Numbered from the stretch's first letter, positions 43,630 to 59,139 are shown. The stretch: 64,000 nt of DNA from the human T2T-CHM13v2.0 reference genome, Homo sapiens (GCF_009914755.1 NC_060936.1); one strand, 5' to 3'. Notes: generated by a model from the letters alone, not told the origin. Made by a program: numbers and translations.

Positions 43630-45974
43630 TGATATAGTTTGGCTGTGTATCCCCATCAAAATCTCACCTTGAATTGTAATAATCCCCATCTGTCAAGGGC
43701 AGGACCTGGTAGAGGTAATTGAATCAATAGGGGTGGTTTCCCCCATGCTGTTCTCATGGTAATGAGTGGGACTCATGAGATTTGATGGTTTTGTAAGCAT
43801 CTGGCATTTTCCCTGCTCATTCTCATGCTCTATCCTGCTGCTCTGTGAAGAGGTGCCTTCTGCCATGACTGTAATTTTCCTGAGGCTTCCCCAGCCATGT
43901 GGAACTGTGAGTCAATTAAACCTCTTTCTTTTTTTTTTTTTTTTAATAAATTACTTAGTCTTGAGTATTTCTTCAAAGCAGCATGAGAACAGACTAATAC
44001 AGTAAATTGGTACTGAGGTGGTGGGGCACTGCTATAAAGATACTTGAAAATGTGGAAGTGACTTTGGAACTGGGTAACAGGCAGTGTTGAAACAGTTTAG
44101 AGGGCTCAGAAGAAGACAGAAAAATGTGAGAAAGCTTGGAACTTCCCAGAGACTTGGAGGGCTCAGAAGACAGAAAAGTGTGGGAAAGTTTGGAACTTCC
44201 TAGAGACTTGTTGAACGGCTTTGACTAAAATGCTGATAGTGATATAGACAATGAAGTCCAGGCTAAGGTGGTCTCAGATGGACCTGAGGAACTTATCGGG
44301 AACTGAAGTAAAGATCACTCTTGCTGCGCTTTAGCCAAAAGACTGGTGGCTTTTTGCCCCTGCCCTAGAGATCTGTAGAACTTTAAACTTGAGAGAGATC
44401 ATTTAGGGTATCTGGAGGAAGAAATTTCTAAGCAGCAAAGCATTCAAGAGGAAGCAGAGTATAAAAGTTTGGAAAATTTGCAGCCTGACGATGAGACAGA
44501 AAAGAAAAGCCCATTTTCTGGAGAGAAATTCAAGCCAGCTGCAGAAATTTGCATAAGTAATGAGGAGCCAAATGTTAATCACCAAGACAATGGGGAAAAC
44601 ATCAGGAGGGCATGTCAGAGACTTTCATAGCAGCCCCTCCTATCACAAGCCTGGAGCCCTAGGAGGGAAAAATGGTTTGGCGAGCTTGGCCCAGGGTCCC
44701 CCTGCTCTGTGCAGCCTCAGGACATGGTGCCCTGGATCCCAGCTGCTTCAGCTCCAGACATGGCTAAAAGGGGTCAACATACAGCTCAGACCATGGCTTC
44801 AGAGGGTGCAAGCCCCAAGCCTTGGTGGCTTACACATGGTGTTGGGACTGCAGGTGTGCAGAAGTCAAGAATTGAGGTATGGGAACTGTGCCTAGATTTC
44901 AGAGGATCTATGGAAATACCTGAATGTCCAGGCAGAGGTATGCTTCAGGGTGAAACCCTCATGGAGAAACTCTGCTAAGGCAGTGTAGAAGGAAAATGTG
45001 GGGTTGAAGCCCACACATAGGGTACCCACTGGGGCACAGCCTAGTGTACCTGTGAGAAGAGAGCCACCATCCTCCAGACCCTAGAATGGTAGATCCACTG
45101 ACAGTTTGCACCGTGCACCCAGAAAAACCACAGACACTCAATGCCAGCACATGAAAGCAGCTGTTAGGGGTGCTGTACCCTTCAAAGCCACAGGGGTGGA
45201 GCTGCTGAAAGCTGTGGGAGTTTTCCAAGTATGTGGGAGCCCACCTCTTGCATCAGAGTGAGCTGGGTGTGAGACATGGAGTCAGAGGATATTATTTTAG
45301 AGCTTTAGGGTTTAATGACTATCCTATTGGATTTCAGACTTGCATGGGGCCTGGGGCCCCTTTGTTTTGGGCAATTTCTCCCATTTGGAACAGGTGTATT
45401 TACCCTATGCCTAGGTATCCCCATTGTATCTAGTAAGTAACTAACTTGCTTTTGAGTTTACAGAGTCATAGGCAGATGCGACTTGCCTTGTCTCAGATGA
45501 GACTTTGATCTTGGACATTTGGGTTGATGCTGGAATGAATTAAGAATTTGGGGGACTGTTGAAGGGGTATGATTGTGTTTTGAAATGTGAGGACATGAGA
45601 TTTGGATGGGGCCAAGGGTGGAATAATATTATCTGCCTCTGTGTCTCCACCTAAATCTCACTTTAAATTGTAGTAATCCCCACATGTCAGAACCAGGTGG
45701 TGGTAATTGAATCATGGGAGCAGTTTCCCCCATACTATTCTCATGATAATGAGTGAGTCTCATGAGTTCTGATGGTTTTATAAGCATCTGGCATTTCCTC
45801 TGTTCATGCTCATTCTCTCTTCTGCCACCCTGTGAAGAGGTGCCTTCTGCCATGATTGTAAGTTTCCTAAAGCCTCCCTAGCCATGGGGACGTGTGAGTC
45901 AATTAACCTCTTTTCTATATAAATTACCCAGTCTTGCATATTTCTTCATAGGAATGTGAGAATGGACTAATACA
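43630..45974 (+). mobile_element. Complete THE1 (C/D-like) MaLR provirus: LTR 43630-44001, internal 44002-45623, LTR 45624-45974
   Basis: Two LTRs ending gactaataca; internal region starts gtaaattggtac and ends in a polypurine tract; perfect 5-bp TSD aaaac (43625-43629 / 45975-45979). Confidence 0.93.
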
Positions 45975-47261
45975 AAAACCTAGGAAATCTTCTCAATATC
46001 AGCTTTGGAATATAATTTATGGCTAAGTCCTCAAAAGCAATTGCAACAAAAACAAAAATTGACAGTGGGAACTAATTATACTACAGAGCTTCTGCACAGC
46101 AAGAAAAACTGTCAAGGGAGTAAAAACAGACAACCTACAGAATGAAAGATAATATTTGCAAACTATGCATATGACAAAGGTCTAAAATCCTGTATTTATA
46201 AGTAACAATTCAACAAACAAAAAACAACTAATCCCATTACAAAGTGGTCAAAAAACATGAACAGACACTTCCCAAAAGAAGACATACAAGTGGCCAACAA
46301 ATATATGAAAAAAATACTCTACAACACTAATCATCAGAGAAAGGAAATCAAAACCACCATGAGATATTATCTCCCATCAGTCAGAATGGCTTCTGTTAAA
46401 AAGTCAAAAAGTAACAGATGTTGGCAGGACTGTGAAGGAAAAGGAAGGCTTATCCACTGTTGGTGGGAATGTAAACTAGCTCAGCCACTGTATAAAGCAG
46501 TTTGGAGATCTCTCAAAGAACTTAGAACTACCATTCAATCCAGCAATCCCATTACTGGGTCCATAACCAAAGGAAAATAAATCGTTATACCAAAGACACA
46601 TGCAACTCTATGTTCATCACAGCACTATTCATAATAGTAAGGACATAAAATTAACCCAGGTGCCCATCAACAGCAGATCGCATAAAGAAAATGTGATACA
46701 TATACACCATAAAATACTACACGACCGTAGAAAAGAATGAAATTATGTCCTTTGCATCAACATATATGCAGCTACATGTCATTATCCGAAGTGAAGTAAT
46801 GCAGAAACAGAAAACTAAATATTCTATGTTCACACTTGTAAGGGGAGCTAAACATTGGGTCCACATGTACATAAAGATGGGAACAGTATACACTGGGAAT
46901 ACAGGAGGAGAGAGAGAAGGAGTGGGGCAAAGTTTGAAAAACTACCTATTGGTTACTATACTCACTACCTGGGTAATGGGCACTTCAATTGTGCTTTAGA
47001 CCTCAGCATCACACAATATACTTTTGTAATGAACCTGCACATGTATCCCCTGAATCTAAAACTTTTAGTCAAACTATTGAATTTTGTCAAAAAATTAATA
47101 ATAAGAGTGTTAAATGAAAATAGTTACAAGATAGTAATGACATCAATGAAGGAATAAAGATTCAAAGCAAATATTTTGGGTGAAGGTAATGTATTTCCAT
47201 GTATTGAAAGCATCATGTTCAAGCCGTTTTGGTAGACTAGAATTATCCTTTTTCAGAGAGT

Positions 47262-47824
47262 GTGGTGAGAGTTCCCAGTGTGAATCTAGGTTCAGGGATT
47301 CACTAGAAGAACTCACAGAACTCAGCTCGTGACTATGACTTATTACAGTAAAGGATTACCAAAAAAAGTCAGCCAAAACAAACAAAAAAAAAATGGGGCA
47401 AAGTACAGAGGAAATCTGGCACCAGCTTTTAAGAGTCCTCTGCCAATAGAGTCACACTTTACACATCTATTTCCTCTAGTAAGGAGGTTGTGGGAACACA
47501 TATGAAATATTTTCTACCAAGGAAGCTCATTAAAGATTCAACATCCAAGGTTTTCGTTGGAGATGGCTCACATAGGCACCTTCTGCCTAGCAGATACCTA
47601 CATTCCAAAATCCCAAAGGGAAAGCAAGTATTCAGCATAAACCACGTTGCTTGTAGCAACTTTTTAGGTACAGTAAGCCATTCTTATTTAAGAAAAGTTT
47701 TATATCCATGTTGGAAACTCTGTATCAGCCAAGTTCCCAGATGTCAGCTAAGGGTCAACCTAGCAAGCAGGACTTTCTAAGGCTAGACAGGCTCAGGCCT
47801 GCCACATTAACTCTTTTCTGCACA
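47262..47824 (-). mobile_element. MER77/MER21A-like LTR
   Basis: Ends ttaactcttttctgcaca, the reverse of the TGTGCAGAAAAGAGTTAA start; gattcactagaagaactcacagaactcag at the other end. Confidence 0.82.
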
Positions 47825-48054
47825 AAGGGTCACTAGAAAAAAAAGTCCACAATTTGTCAGGTAAAGAATATTGCCTTCTATTTTGAGTATGAGAGTCTAA
47901 GTGAAAAAGATATCCATGTTTTCTTAAATATATTCACTTATTTGATGTATGCCTGTGATATGATGGAGGTACCAAATCACAAGAACCAAAACTGGTCTAA
48001 GTGTAGACTGTGATTGAGGCCTTAAAGCTGAGAATAAATAGCTGGAGAACCCCC

Positions 48055-48754
<700 letters not shown>

Positions 48755-50004
48755 CCTCTCTCATATTCTTAAGTATACTGCAAGAGATTCTTGCAAGTCT
48801 TGCAAATAGGGTCGTCCAAATGAAATGGGCAAACCTTAGTCTATCTCATACCTCAAGAACTTATACACATCAGTGTAGTGTGGGATGTAAAAATAATGTT
48901 TTTTTTTCTTTTTTTAAATAGGAAAAGAAAACTTATAAAGTGTATTGGTAGAGGGCTTAATGAGATTTGGATGCTCAGAAGATGAAAGGCCTCTTTTTTT
49001 CATCCTCTGGGCGATATACAACTCTCCCTTAGGAGACTCGGGAAGGAAAATTTCCACCCAGCAACGACTGTAGTATTGGGGCTCACAGGTTTAATTCAGA
49101 AAAAATAAAGATAAGTGATGTTTCTGAAACACCTACGCTTTCTGAAGGCAAATCTATATCTGGTACAAGGTCTATGGGTTGAAGAGAAATCAGAGATATT
49201 ATGGAAAAAAATTAGTTGGCTTTGAAATATACTAAAACTCAAGAATGAAATTGCTGAGGTGAAAAAATAACTTTGGTAATGTTTTTAATTAAAATGGATA
49301 AATATATGACCCTATAAATGCATAATTAATTGGTATGATGATCTACAGGGTAACTTCTTATGTTTGTTAAGAATTACTAATTAAATGCATAGTTGCAGAT
49401 ATCCAATACTAGATTAGATTTGAAGGAAAGGCAGATTAGATTTGAAGAAAATGCTTTATGCCTAAAAGTCAGCTAACAGTGGACACAAAAGTAAACACTA
49501 AATTTTTGTATCTTTATATACTACAGACTTGAAAAATAATCTCCCAATCCTGTTACCATTTTGTTTTTAATTCATTTGAGGTTGTTAATAATGTTTCCAA
49601 ATTTTACTGTAGAATTACTCTAACACTTTTAAAACATTTTTTATTTTTTAACACGGAAGAAATTCTTATAAGCCTCAATAGGTTTAAATTGATCCATGAC
49701 ATGCTAGCCATACTTTTACTTAATAGAATTTGGGCACAGTATATAGCAATATACTTAGTAGAATACAAAAATTGCTTACTCACATCTGACATTGTTGTTT
49801 AAACATTTCCTAATACATTTTGTTCCTGGAGTTTTAATAGTAATAACACATTTCAACATTGAAAAAAGTTATATTTCATCCTCTTGGATGAAATAAATGA
49901 ATAAATAGTAAACCACTTACATTGGAATATCGGTGATAAATTTTGATTTGCCAACACTTTAATGTGTCTCTATCCTAGAAATTTAACAATAAAAGACTCT
50001 GTTG

Positions 50005-50240
50005 ATTTTGTATATATTATTTCTAATTCTACTGCATATGATACTTTTTGTTTTGTGTATATCTTTTTGTGGGCATTTTGTATATAATCTTTTGTATATA
50101 ATATATTATTTGTATACAATATACATTTTGTATATAACATATTCTTTTGAATATAGCACATTCTAATTTTGTATATAACATTCTAATTCTACTACATATG
50201 ATAGTTTGTGTTATATATTCACATATATTTATACACATAT
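50005..50240 (+). repeat. Degenerate AT-rich tandem repeat (ttttgtatata units) with a duplicated ~50-bp block
   Basis: ttctaattctactgcatatgata (~50021) recurs as ttctaattctactacatatgata (~50181); repeated ttttgtata units. Confidence 0.75.
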
Positions 50241-51389
50241 TAAACAAAGATTTGTATTTTAATAAAAACCTGTATAGATTCTTACAGACATATTCTATTG
50301 TCTAGTATCTTTTACATTGTTTCCCCTGAAATAAAATATCCTACTGAGAGGAATCATTAATCAAGGAAATCAATAGTTTTGCATATTTCAGTACATGTGT
50401 CTTCTCAAACATTAAGGAGGATGAATTACTACTATAGTTGAATATGGTCAGTTACAGGTTTAATAATACATCCCAACAATTGTTAAGCACTTTCAATTTA
50501 TAAATGCAACTAATATTTTCATTATTGAAATATTGAAACTGGTGAAAGTTTCATCTCTATAATTTGTCAAAAAATAGCTTCTGCTCTCCGTTTTTGTCAT
50601 TTATACAGTGTTAAAATCCGTTATTGTTCAGTAGTTATTTATAGTTCTACTAAAAATATGCTATCATTCTCTCTAATATAATAGGTGGTCCCCCACAAAA
50701 AAAAGAATAAAGAAGCAAAATAAAGAAGCTAAACTTATATCAGTAAAACAAGTGGTGTAGAGCAGTTTATCTGTTTTTTAAAAAAAATATTTTCCAGACC
50801 TTTATCATGGTAGTGAGAACATTGATTTTTAGTGTGTGTCTTCCTTTTGCCAGGGACTCTTATATCCCCGAACGGTTACTCCTCTAAGATCAGAAAGATA
50901 AAATGAAGGTATACAAATATTAAACAAATGCCACAAACACTAAACAAAAGCTTAGGACTGGCTAATATGATTTCTATTGTGTTATTCTCTTAAACATTTG
51001 TTTCAACGAAATCTTTTTAAAGAAGTTTTGATTCACAAATATCTCTCATTCAGGTTCCTAGAGAGAGGAGATGTGGGTGGCAGCGAGTAACTGAACTCGC
51101 ATCTCTTATTTACCAAACACATCTGGACTTTATGATAGCCTAATGAAATCAAAACTATGGAATATAGTCAGCATCAAACTAAGAGGACAACTGGGCTTAC
51201 GCTGATGGCATATGGAATAACCTGAACTTTTAAAGTTTATTAACATTTATTGTTAGGTTCTGAGCAGGTCTTTGAAGTTTTAAAAATGACTCAAAAAACA
51301 GCTAGCCTTAAGTTTTTTTGCTGACTAGTGGGGGATGCAGACACTCAAGAAACCATTTCAGTAAGATTTTTAAAGTGTTAAGTATTAAA

Positions 51390-52243
51390 ATTACCTTGTT
51401 TCTTCCAAAGTCTTTCCCATTTTAGAAAATGGTAATTCCATCCTTCCAGTTACTCTGGTCATCCTTAACTCCTCTCTTTCATATTCCTACATTCAAACTG
51501 TGGGTAAATTCTGATAACTCCACCCCGAAATGCATACAGAATCCGATCACTTCTCAGTAACTTCACCTCTACTCTTCAGCCTAATCCACCACCATCTAGA
51601 TTATTAGATAAAATCCAGTCTGTTTTCCCTGCTTCCACACTTGCCCCCTTTATTTTTAACATGGCAGCTATACTGCTCCTATTAAATACAAATCTGACCA
51701 TGTCACTTATGAAAAATCTGCCAACTGCTTTACATCTTACTTGAGTAGAAATGAAAGTCCTGAGAGTGGTTGTCAAGTCCCGTCAAGACCTTTTACCCCT
51801 CTGAACCTTTCTCCATTCCTCCCCAGCCTCTTTACTAGGCACACTGCTTTTCTGCCTTTCTTTGAACTCAACATGCTCACAGCGCACTTTCCCCTTATTT
51901 TCTTGTCTCTATCAGTACTTTACTCAAAAGTCATTTTCTCAGTGAGGTTTTTTGTTTGTTTGTTTGTTTTTGTATATCCTGTATAGAACTGCAATCCCCA
52001 CAATCCCCCATCTCCTGCTTATTCTACTTCCTCATTTTTTCTCTATAGCACTTCCTGCCATGACATTATGCCAACTTTATATTTTGTTGTTTGGTTTCCC
52101 TGACTTGAAGGTAACCTTCATGAGGGCAATGTTTTTTTAAATTTTTTTTATTTTGTTTTGTTTGATTCACTGCCATTTCCCTACCACTCGGTACAGTGCT
52201 GGACATATACTAGTTGCTGAATAAGTAATTGCTGAATTAATGA
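51390..52243 (+). mobile_element. L2a 3' region
   Basis: aatggtaattccatccttccagtt...cagaatccgatcacttctca...acagtgctggacata...tgctgaattaatga. Confidence 0.8.
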
Positions 52244-53699
52244 CTTTTCTTTCAGAAGTGCTCTCTGAACCTCTAAGGCAAACTGGCATTCCCTCTCTTG
52301 GTGTCTATAAAAATTATTACATATATAAAATGTATTTGTTTTCATATCTGGCTGCATGACGGGACTCAAAGTTTAACGACAGGGACAGGGCCAGCTACTT
52401 ACAAAGCTACTTACATGGGCCTCTTCTAAACGCAGGTTGCATGCCCCTAAAGTCAGCCCTGTATATCTTTTCATCTTCATATCCCAATAATTAGCAGTGT
52501 CACTGGTGAATGTATTATATGTTCTCCATAAATGCTTGTTGACTGAATGCATACATCCTTATCGAGAACAATTCTAAAATATTCTACTTACATAGTACCA
52601 TCTCAATATAACCCTGATTTTTGAAACATAATTAAAATGGGGAGCCTGAAGCAAGTTAAATGTGTTTGTGTAAATGATACGACCATTTGAAGGGAAACTC
52701 AGAATTAGATGTTATCCTAGGTTCTAATTCACTGTTTCACTTCTGATCCAGATTAATTTTTAGGCCTTTCCAAATGTTCTATCTCAGATTTAAATAAAAA
52801 AACAAGATTAAGAAGAGAAACATGATTCTGATCTACTCTATTTCATTTTGCCAAATAAGTAGTTATTATATCCAAGGTATAAAGCAACTTCCTTCAAAAC
52901 AATATTCCCTAGAATCATAAAGGTGATTGATTCAGTCAGTGGTGCATATAATTTTTGAATTAACTGTATTAACTATGAATAGGCAATCTACTATATACTT
53001 TTTTGATGTAAAATCAAATGATCTATAATAGTCATTTGATTAACAATAGTTTGGTTTTCAATTCCTAAGAGAGAGCTTTTTGCTATCAGTGTGATCCTGT
53101 GACATACTTTAGAGAAAACAGAAATTTGAAGATGAGTTTTAAATCCCAACAGAATATTTCCCAAAAAATAGAAGGTACATCTACTTGACATATCTAAACC
53201 TAAAGAAGGTTTCATTGAGGAAAATGGTTATTGTATTTTCTTTTGTGCTGACATTAAAAAGTCCATAAGTCTCTGAAATCTTCAATGTTCTAAATAGATG
53301 GATGAAAAGAGATATGAGTGAATTTGTAAATGAGAGAGAGCTTTCTATAGGAGTTGGAGCAATGCAGGATCTTCAGTTAATCTATCTTTTCTTCATGTCC
53401 TCAAGGTCAAGACAGCCTTTTGCTGTCATGAAGATTTAGTACAGATGTTAGTGTCATAAAATATTTTTCTTTTAAATGTCCTATAAAATCAGTATTGTTT
53501 TCTTAAGATTTGCAAATAAAAGGTACATGATATGATTGATTACTTAATTAGTATTTTCTGAACATCATATAGGTATTTTCTCTACAAAAGAAACTCAAAA
53601 CATATGGTGATACTTTTGAATTTGGTATATATGATAGTACCCTTTAAATTCAGGTGAACTTCTGAACGGTAGAATTTAATATTTTGAAAAACAAAATTA

Positions 53700-53872
53700 A
53701 TATAATTTCATGAATGTTTTATTATAGTATTCAGTAATTCAATATTACATATAATTAATAATTTGAATACATCTGTTATTTAATACAATTCAAAACGTTT
53801 TTGGAATAAAATAATATAATGTGATTTTTTAAGAATTAACTGGTTTCTTCTGAACAAATTGAAATCCAAAGG
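53700..53872 (-). other. TSPAN19: TSPAN19 3' UTR (approximate end), very AU-rich
   Basis: Lies between the stop codon and the first minus-strand AATAAA. The end is inferred ~15-25 nt past the signal. Confidence 0.7.
53718..53723 (-). terminator. Polyadenylation signal AATAAA for TSPAN19
   Basis: tttatt on the + strand, ~150 nt after the stop, followed on the minus strand by a U-rich tract (aattttgtttttc). Confidence 0.75.
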
Positions 53873-53974
<102 letters not shown>

Positions 53975-54922
53975 TTAATCAATGATAAGAGTAATTTGCA
54001 AAGTTAACAATATATAGTCACCAAAATGCGTATTGTAAAGGGAAAAGGGATCAAAACTGGTGAGAAAATTTCAGAATAAGGTACATACAGTTGTGAATAG
54101 GAAGTCTGCAAAATGAGTCTTCAAGAATAACCCACCTGTTACCAAGTTCACGTACAGAGGAGAATAAGGAAAAACCTTTAGGTTTTAATTACATTAGCTA
54201 TCACTGAGCTACATGCCTGGACAAACTGCTGATGGTTTTCTTGTTGTTGTTGTTCGATATCTTTCTAACTATGTCATTAAATGTACAAAACTGTTTCTTT
54301 TTTTTATAGATAATGAAAGGTGGCTTGTAAAGGGCAGAAGATAAAATGGAACATGGATATTACCTCTGCAGTTTTGTCTTAAGATATTCCAGCATGAACA
54401 CAGTAGAGAATAAACATTTAAAAACAATGATATTAATGTGTATAAAGAATGTCTTGGTTTACTACCATTCTGAGACTAAAATTGTTACCAATTGAAGAGA
54501 TGAAAACTTAGGTCAGGGGCTTCATGGATCTATACAAAGTCAAATGCAGTATGTATTTGTTTTAGTGGCATAGTCCCCACTATAACACTCTATTTACTCT
54601 CAAAGTTTCTTTGAATCCATAGCCTGCACTTATTCTTAATAGTCTTCACTGAGACTGAAGAATAGCGTCTTGCTTCTGAAACTTAATTCTGCAGTTGACA
54701 CCTTTAGGTCATGGAATGTGTCTATTTTGCATCTCATTGTATATTCAACATCTAGTACAGTACATGACACACAGTAAATGCTCCCCGTCCCTCCAAATAC
54801 ATTGAATGAATGAACATATGAGTGAATAGTGGATCTTACTAAAGTCAAACATCTGCCTAGATTTCAGAAGTCTGGCAACTTGCAGACTGCCCAACATGGT
54901 GCTCTTACTGCCAATATATGAA

Positions 54923-54931
<9 letters not shown>

Positions 54932-54973
<42 letters not shown>
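54932..54973 (+). repeat. (AC)21 microsatellite in the last TSPAN19 intron
   Basis: Directly visible; preceded by (TA)n. Confidence 0.97.
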
Positions 54974-54975
<2 letters not shown>

Positions 54976-55092
54976 AAATATATCTATACATCAATAGATC
55001 TATTTATAGATATATATAGAAAGAAAGATAAAAATATACATAGGTACTATACATAGTAATAAAATCACTACCTCCAGGATGACCACTTATTA

Positions 55093-55359
<267 letters not shown>

Positions 55360-55651
55360 CTAAGAAAAAGAAGTTATTCAGATGGACATGGAGATGGAAA
55401 TGATCTTATACATAAATCTTTACAAAAAATAAAAGGTAAACAGAGATTAGTAATTTACCAAAGTCTAAATAGTAAGTCAATATCTAATTGGCGAACTGGA
55501 CTTTTAGTCCAGAAAGCTTTCTACGGCAGCAGGACACCTCAGTTGCTAATTTTAAAATTGCTAAGATGTTATCATGTAATTAAAATCAGAAATTTGTTAC
55601 ACTTTAGAAAGAGATTTTCTCTTCTGCAGACTATTGTAATTCATCAGGATA

Positions 55652-56173
55652 CAGTAGTTTCCCTACTTACCCACCAGCAATACCCCCAGTGGAGGCCTGA
55701 AAACACAGACAGTATCAAACCCTAAATATATTACATGTCTTCCTATAGAAACATATATATAATAGAGTTTAATTTATAAATTAGGCACAACAAGAGATTA
55801 AAACAATAACTAATAATAAAATAGAACAATTATAACAATATGCCAGCATCACTATTCTTACACTTTGGGGTCATCATTAAGTAAATTAAGGGTTCTTGAA
55901 CACAGGCACTGTGATACCTCAACAGTCGATCTTACAATGAAGATGACTACTAAGTGACTAAGGGTGGGTAGCATCTGCATCATGAATACACTGGACAAAG
56001 GGATGACTCATGTCCCAGGAGGGAACAGGGCAGGAAGACACAAGATTTCATCATACTACCCAGAACAGTGTGCAATTGAAAACTTATGAATTGTTTATTT
56101 CTGGAATTTTCCACTTAATATTTTCAATGGTTGAACTCTCACAATGTGAAACTGCAGATAGGGGCAACTACTG
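55652..56173 (-). mobile_element. MER44B-like Tigger (TcMar) MITE, intronic
   Basis: TIRs cagtagtt...aactactg with TA target duplications on both sides; internal ttatgaattgtttatttctggaattttcca. Confidence 0.9.
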
Positions 56174-56810
56174 TATATATCACCACATAAAATGGTTATT
56201 TCCCAAAGAGTAGATGCTTTTTTTTAAAAAAAAAAAGTAATGTTCCATTTATTTATGAATTAATTATGCAATTGAAACAATACATCTTAAGATTAGAATA
56301 AGCTTAATATGTAAACTATACAAAGTATTCGCAGTTCTTAGGATGAAAAAATCTAGTTATCAGTATCCCACACCTGTAAATCGCAGTTGCTCCAGACAAC
56401 CCTTTACTCTTGCTTCTGCTACACTTACTTGAACACCACATTCATCATTACTGGGGTCCACTCCCTTTAGTTTTTGCCTATTCTTTTACTCCTGGTGTTT
56501 TAGCTCCCTTTCCAATCTTATGCACCAAGGCTTTGACAGAAGTGCCTCCTCTTTCTGCAGGACTTCTCAAGGAAGGCTGGGGAGAAAGACTGATGATATC
56601 CCAAGTTCCAAGAATACATAAATCATATACTCTCAGGAAATTTATTTACTTTACGTATTATACACTGGAAATGACACTACAATTTACCTAATTACGTGTT
56701 CAACTTAGGGAAGTGGATTAAGAATGTAGCCACCGTCAACAACATTATTTTTATATAAAAATTTGCTCAGAATTCTAAATTGACTTGCAAAATAAACAAA
56801 CAAAATACTA

Positions 56811-56987
<177 letters not shown>

Positions 56988-58079
56988 CTAGGAAAAAGCT
57001 TATATGAATTTTACCATAAAATGTTCAAAATGCAGTTAATTATATGAGATTAATATTGAAGTGGTTTTTGTGATGAAGATAACTCATTAATTTTTCCCCA
57101 TGAACATGTAATGAATTAAATAAGTATATCTGTGCTTGTTTAATTCATTACTTTGTTTCTGCTATTATTGTTGTCAGCCATAGATAAAGATCTCTGCTCA
57201 CATTAGTGGCTTGTGGTTGGATAGAATTATTACATCTGAATTTTATCCAGGATAGAAGATATACTTGATATGCTTATGTATAAATGATGCTTAGGACCAT
57301 AATATAAAACAATCACTGGAGCCATATCTTGCTCCCAACTGTAGCAGTTCTCTTTGTATTTAAAGAATATGCAGTCATAACTGTTTGGTATACCTAAAAA
57401 GAGATGCAGGGTAATATCTACTTTTCTAGGATTAATGTGAGATGTTAACTTTCAATTTTGTATTGTGTGAAAATTACCACAAAGAACCAAAATAAGATAA
57501 TAAAAATAGTCATAAAATGATCCAACTTTTAAGAAATGTCTCATTTGTAGTGCTGATTCTGGAATCCTATCAAGCAGAGTTAGGAGGATATGAAAGAATC
57601 TGTTTACATATTTGTCACTTAGGAAATAAGAGAAAGGTGAAGTAATTGTTTTCTAAACTTTTATGGAAAATGATAACATTAGTACTGCCTATGTTTACAA
57701 TATATACCAACAATCTACGACAATTCTAGGAAATGCTGACGACTAAAATATTGATTTAGAGTTAGGTTACTGAAAGTTAGTTTAAACAAACAAACCTACA
57801 TATATTATCTCAGTTATATTAATGGCTAGGAATTGAAAGCTGGAATTTCACTAATAGTAGTGATATGATAGACAGAATTGTTTCCTCATCATTTTCTGCC
57901 CATAGGAAGGTTCACTTCTCTGCTGTAAGTTGTAATGCAGTTTGAAAATACAATACATGTACGGATCACATACATAAGAGAAAAAGACAATGAGTAAAAG
58001 TATTTGTAATTACATTTCAATTCTCTTAAAATGTATTTCCGTTATCATATGTACTATAAATAAAACCTATTTTTTTATG

Positions 58080-58310
58080 TGAGGCATATAATATAGCAGT
58101 AAAAAGTACAGAATCTAGTGCCAGATTGTGTGGGTTTGAATCTTGGCTCTGCCACTTATTAGCTGCGCAATCCTCATTAAATTACTAAATTTCTCAGTTT
58201 TTCATCTATAAAATGAGGATAACAGTTCCTATGTTATAGGGTTGGGAGGACTGAATTAGCTAATATATGCAAAGCACTTACAAAAAAGTCTGGGACTATG
58301 TAAATGTTTG
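58080..58310 (+). mobile_element. MIR SINE, near full length
   Basis: gggtttgaatcttggctctgccacttattagctg...ctcagtttttcatctataaaatgaggataa. Confidence 0.85.
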
Positions 58311-59007
58311 GTATTTTTTTAATTGGGCACTTATTATATTCCAGGTGCTGATCTATTTCTGTAAACCATTTAGCCGACAATACCCTTCTCTTACCCTTCC
58401 ACTGCACCTGTCTGGAAAAATCTGCACTGTGAAATAATAATCTTTAAAAATTAGCTAAAAAGTGTTAGTTGCATTTATGCCCTGGATCCAAGCCTTTCTA
58501 TATATAGCCTTTCTATAATATATAGAATATCTATATATTACTTCATTTATTCCTGCCAACCAGAGTTAGAGGTTAGTATGCCCACTTTACGAATGTGGAA
58601 CTTGGAGTTTAAGAGGGTTACTTGTCCAGAACCACAAAGCTATTGCACAGCAATCCTGGTATTCAGACTCAAATGGTAACCACAATGCTGCCAGCAGAGA
58701 CTACTGCTTAAACTTATCTCCCATCAGGTGCAGCAGGATAGACTATCCCACTTGGCAAAAGACCAGCAGCACTTTTCCAGGTGAAACTAAGTTAAAATGC
58801 ACATCCATTAACACAGAAAAGAAGATAGGAGTTACAAAAGGAGGATATAAATCAAGATTTGTAAGTGTGGAGAATGCCCTTTTTGCCCAGTTTGTTTGAA
58901 AGAAATACAACAAACTTTCATCCATCTGCCCCATCCCCTGCCCTGACCTATTCTCTCTTCTGTCCCACAGTGGTCAATACTGACATCTAATTTTTTAGTT
59001 AATTTCA

Positions 59008-59139
<132 letters not shown>

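Noticed and set aside
43128-46580. ORFs resembling reverse transcriptase/ORF2p and MaLR proteins
   Set aside because: Frameshifted fragments of a dead L1PB and the THE1 internal region, not functional genes.
52386-52461. Short element with CAGGGC...GCCCTG ends (MER45/MER91-like MITE)
   Set aside because: Only 6-bp inverted ends and no clear TSD; too weak to call.
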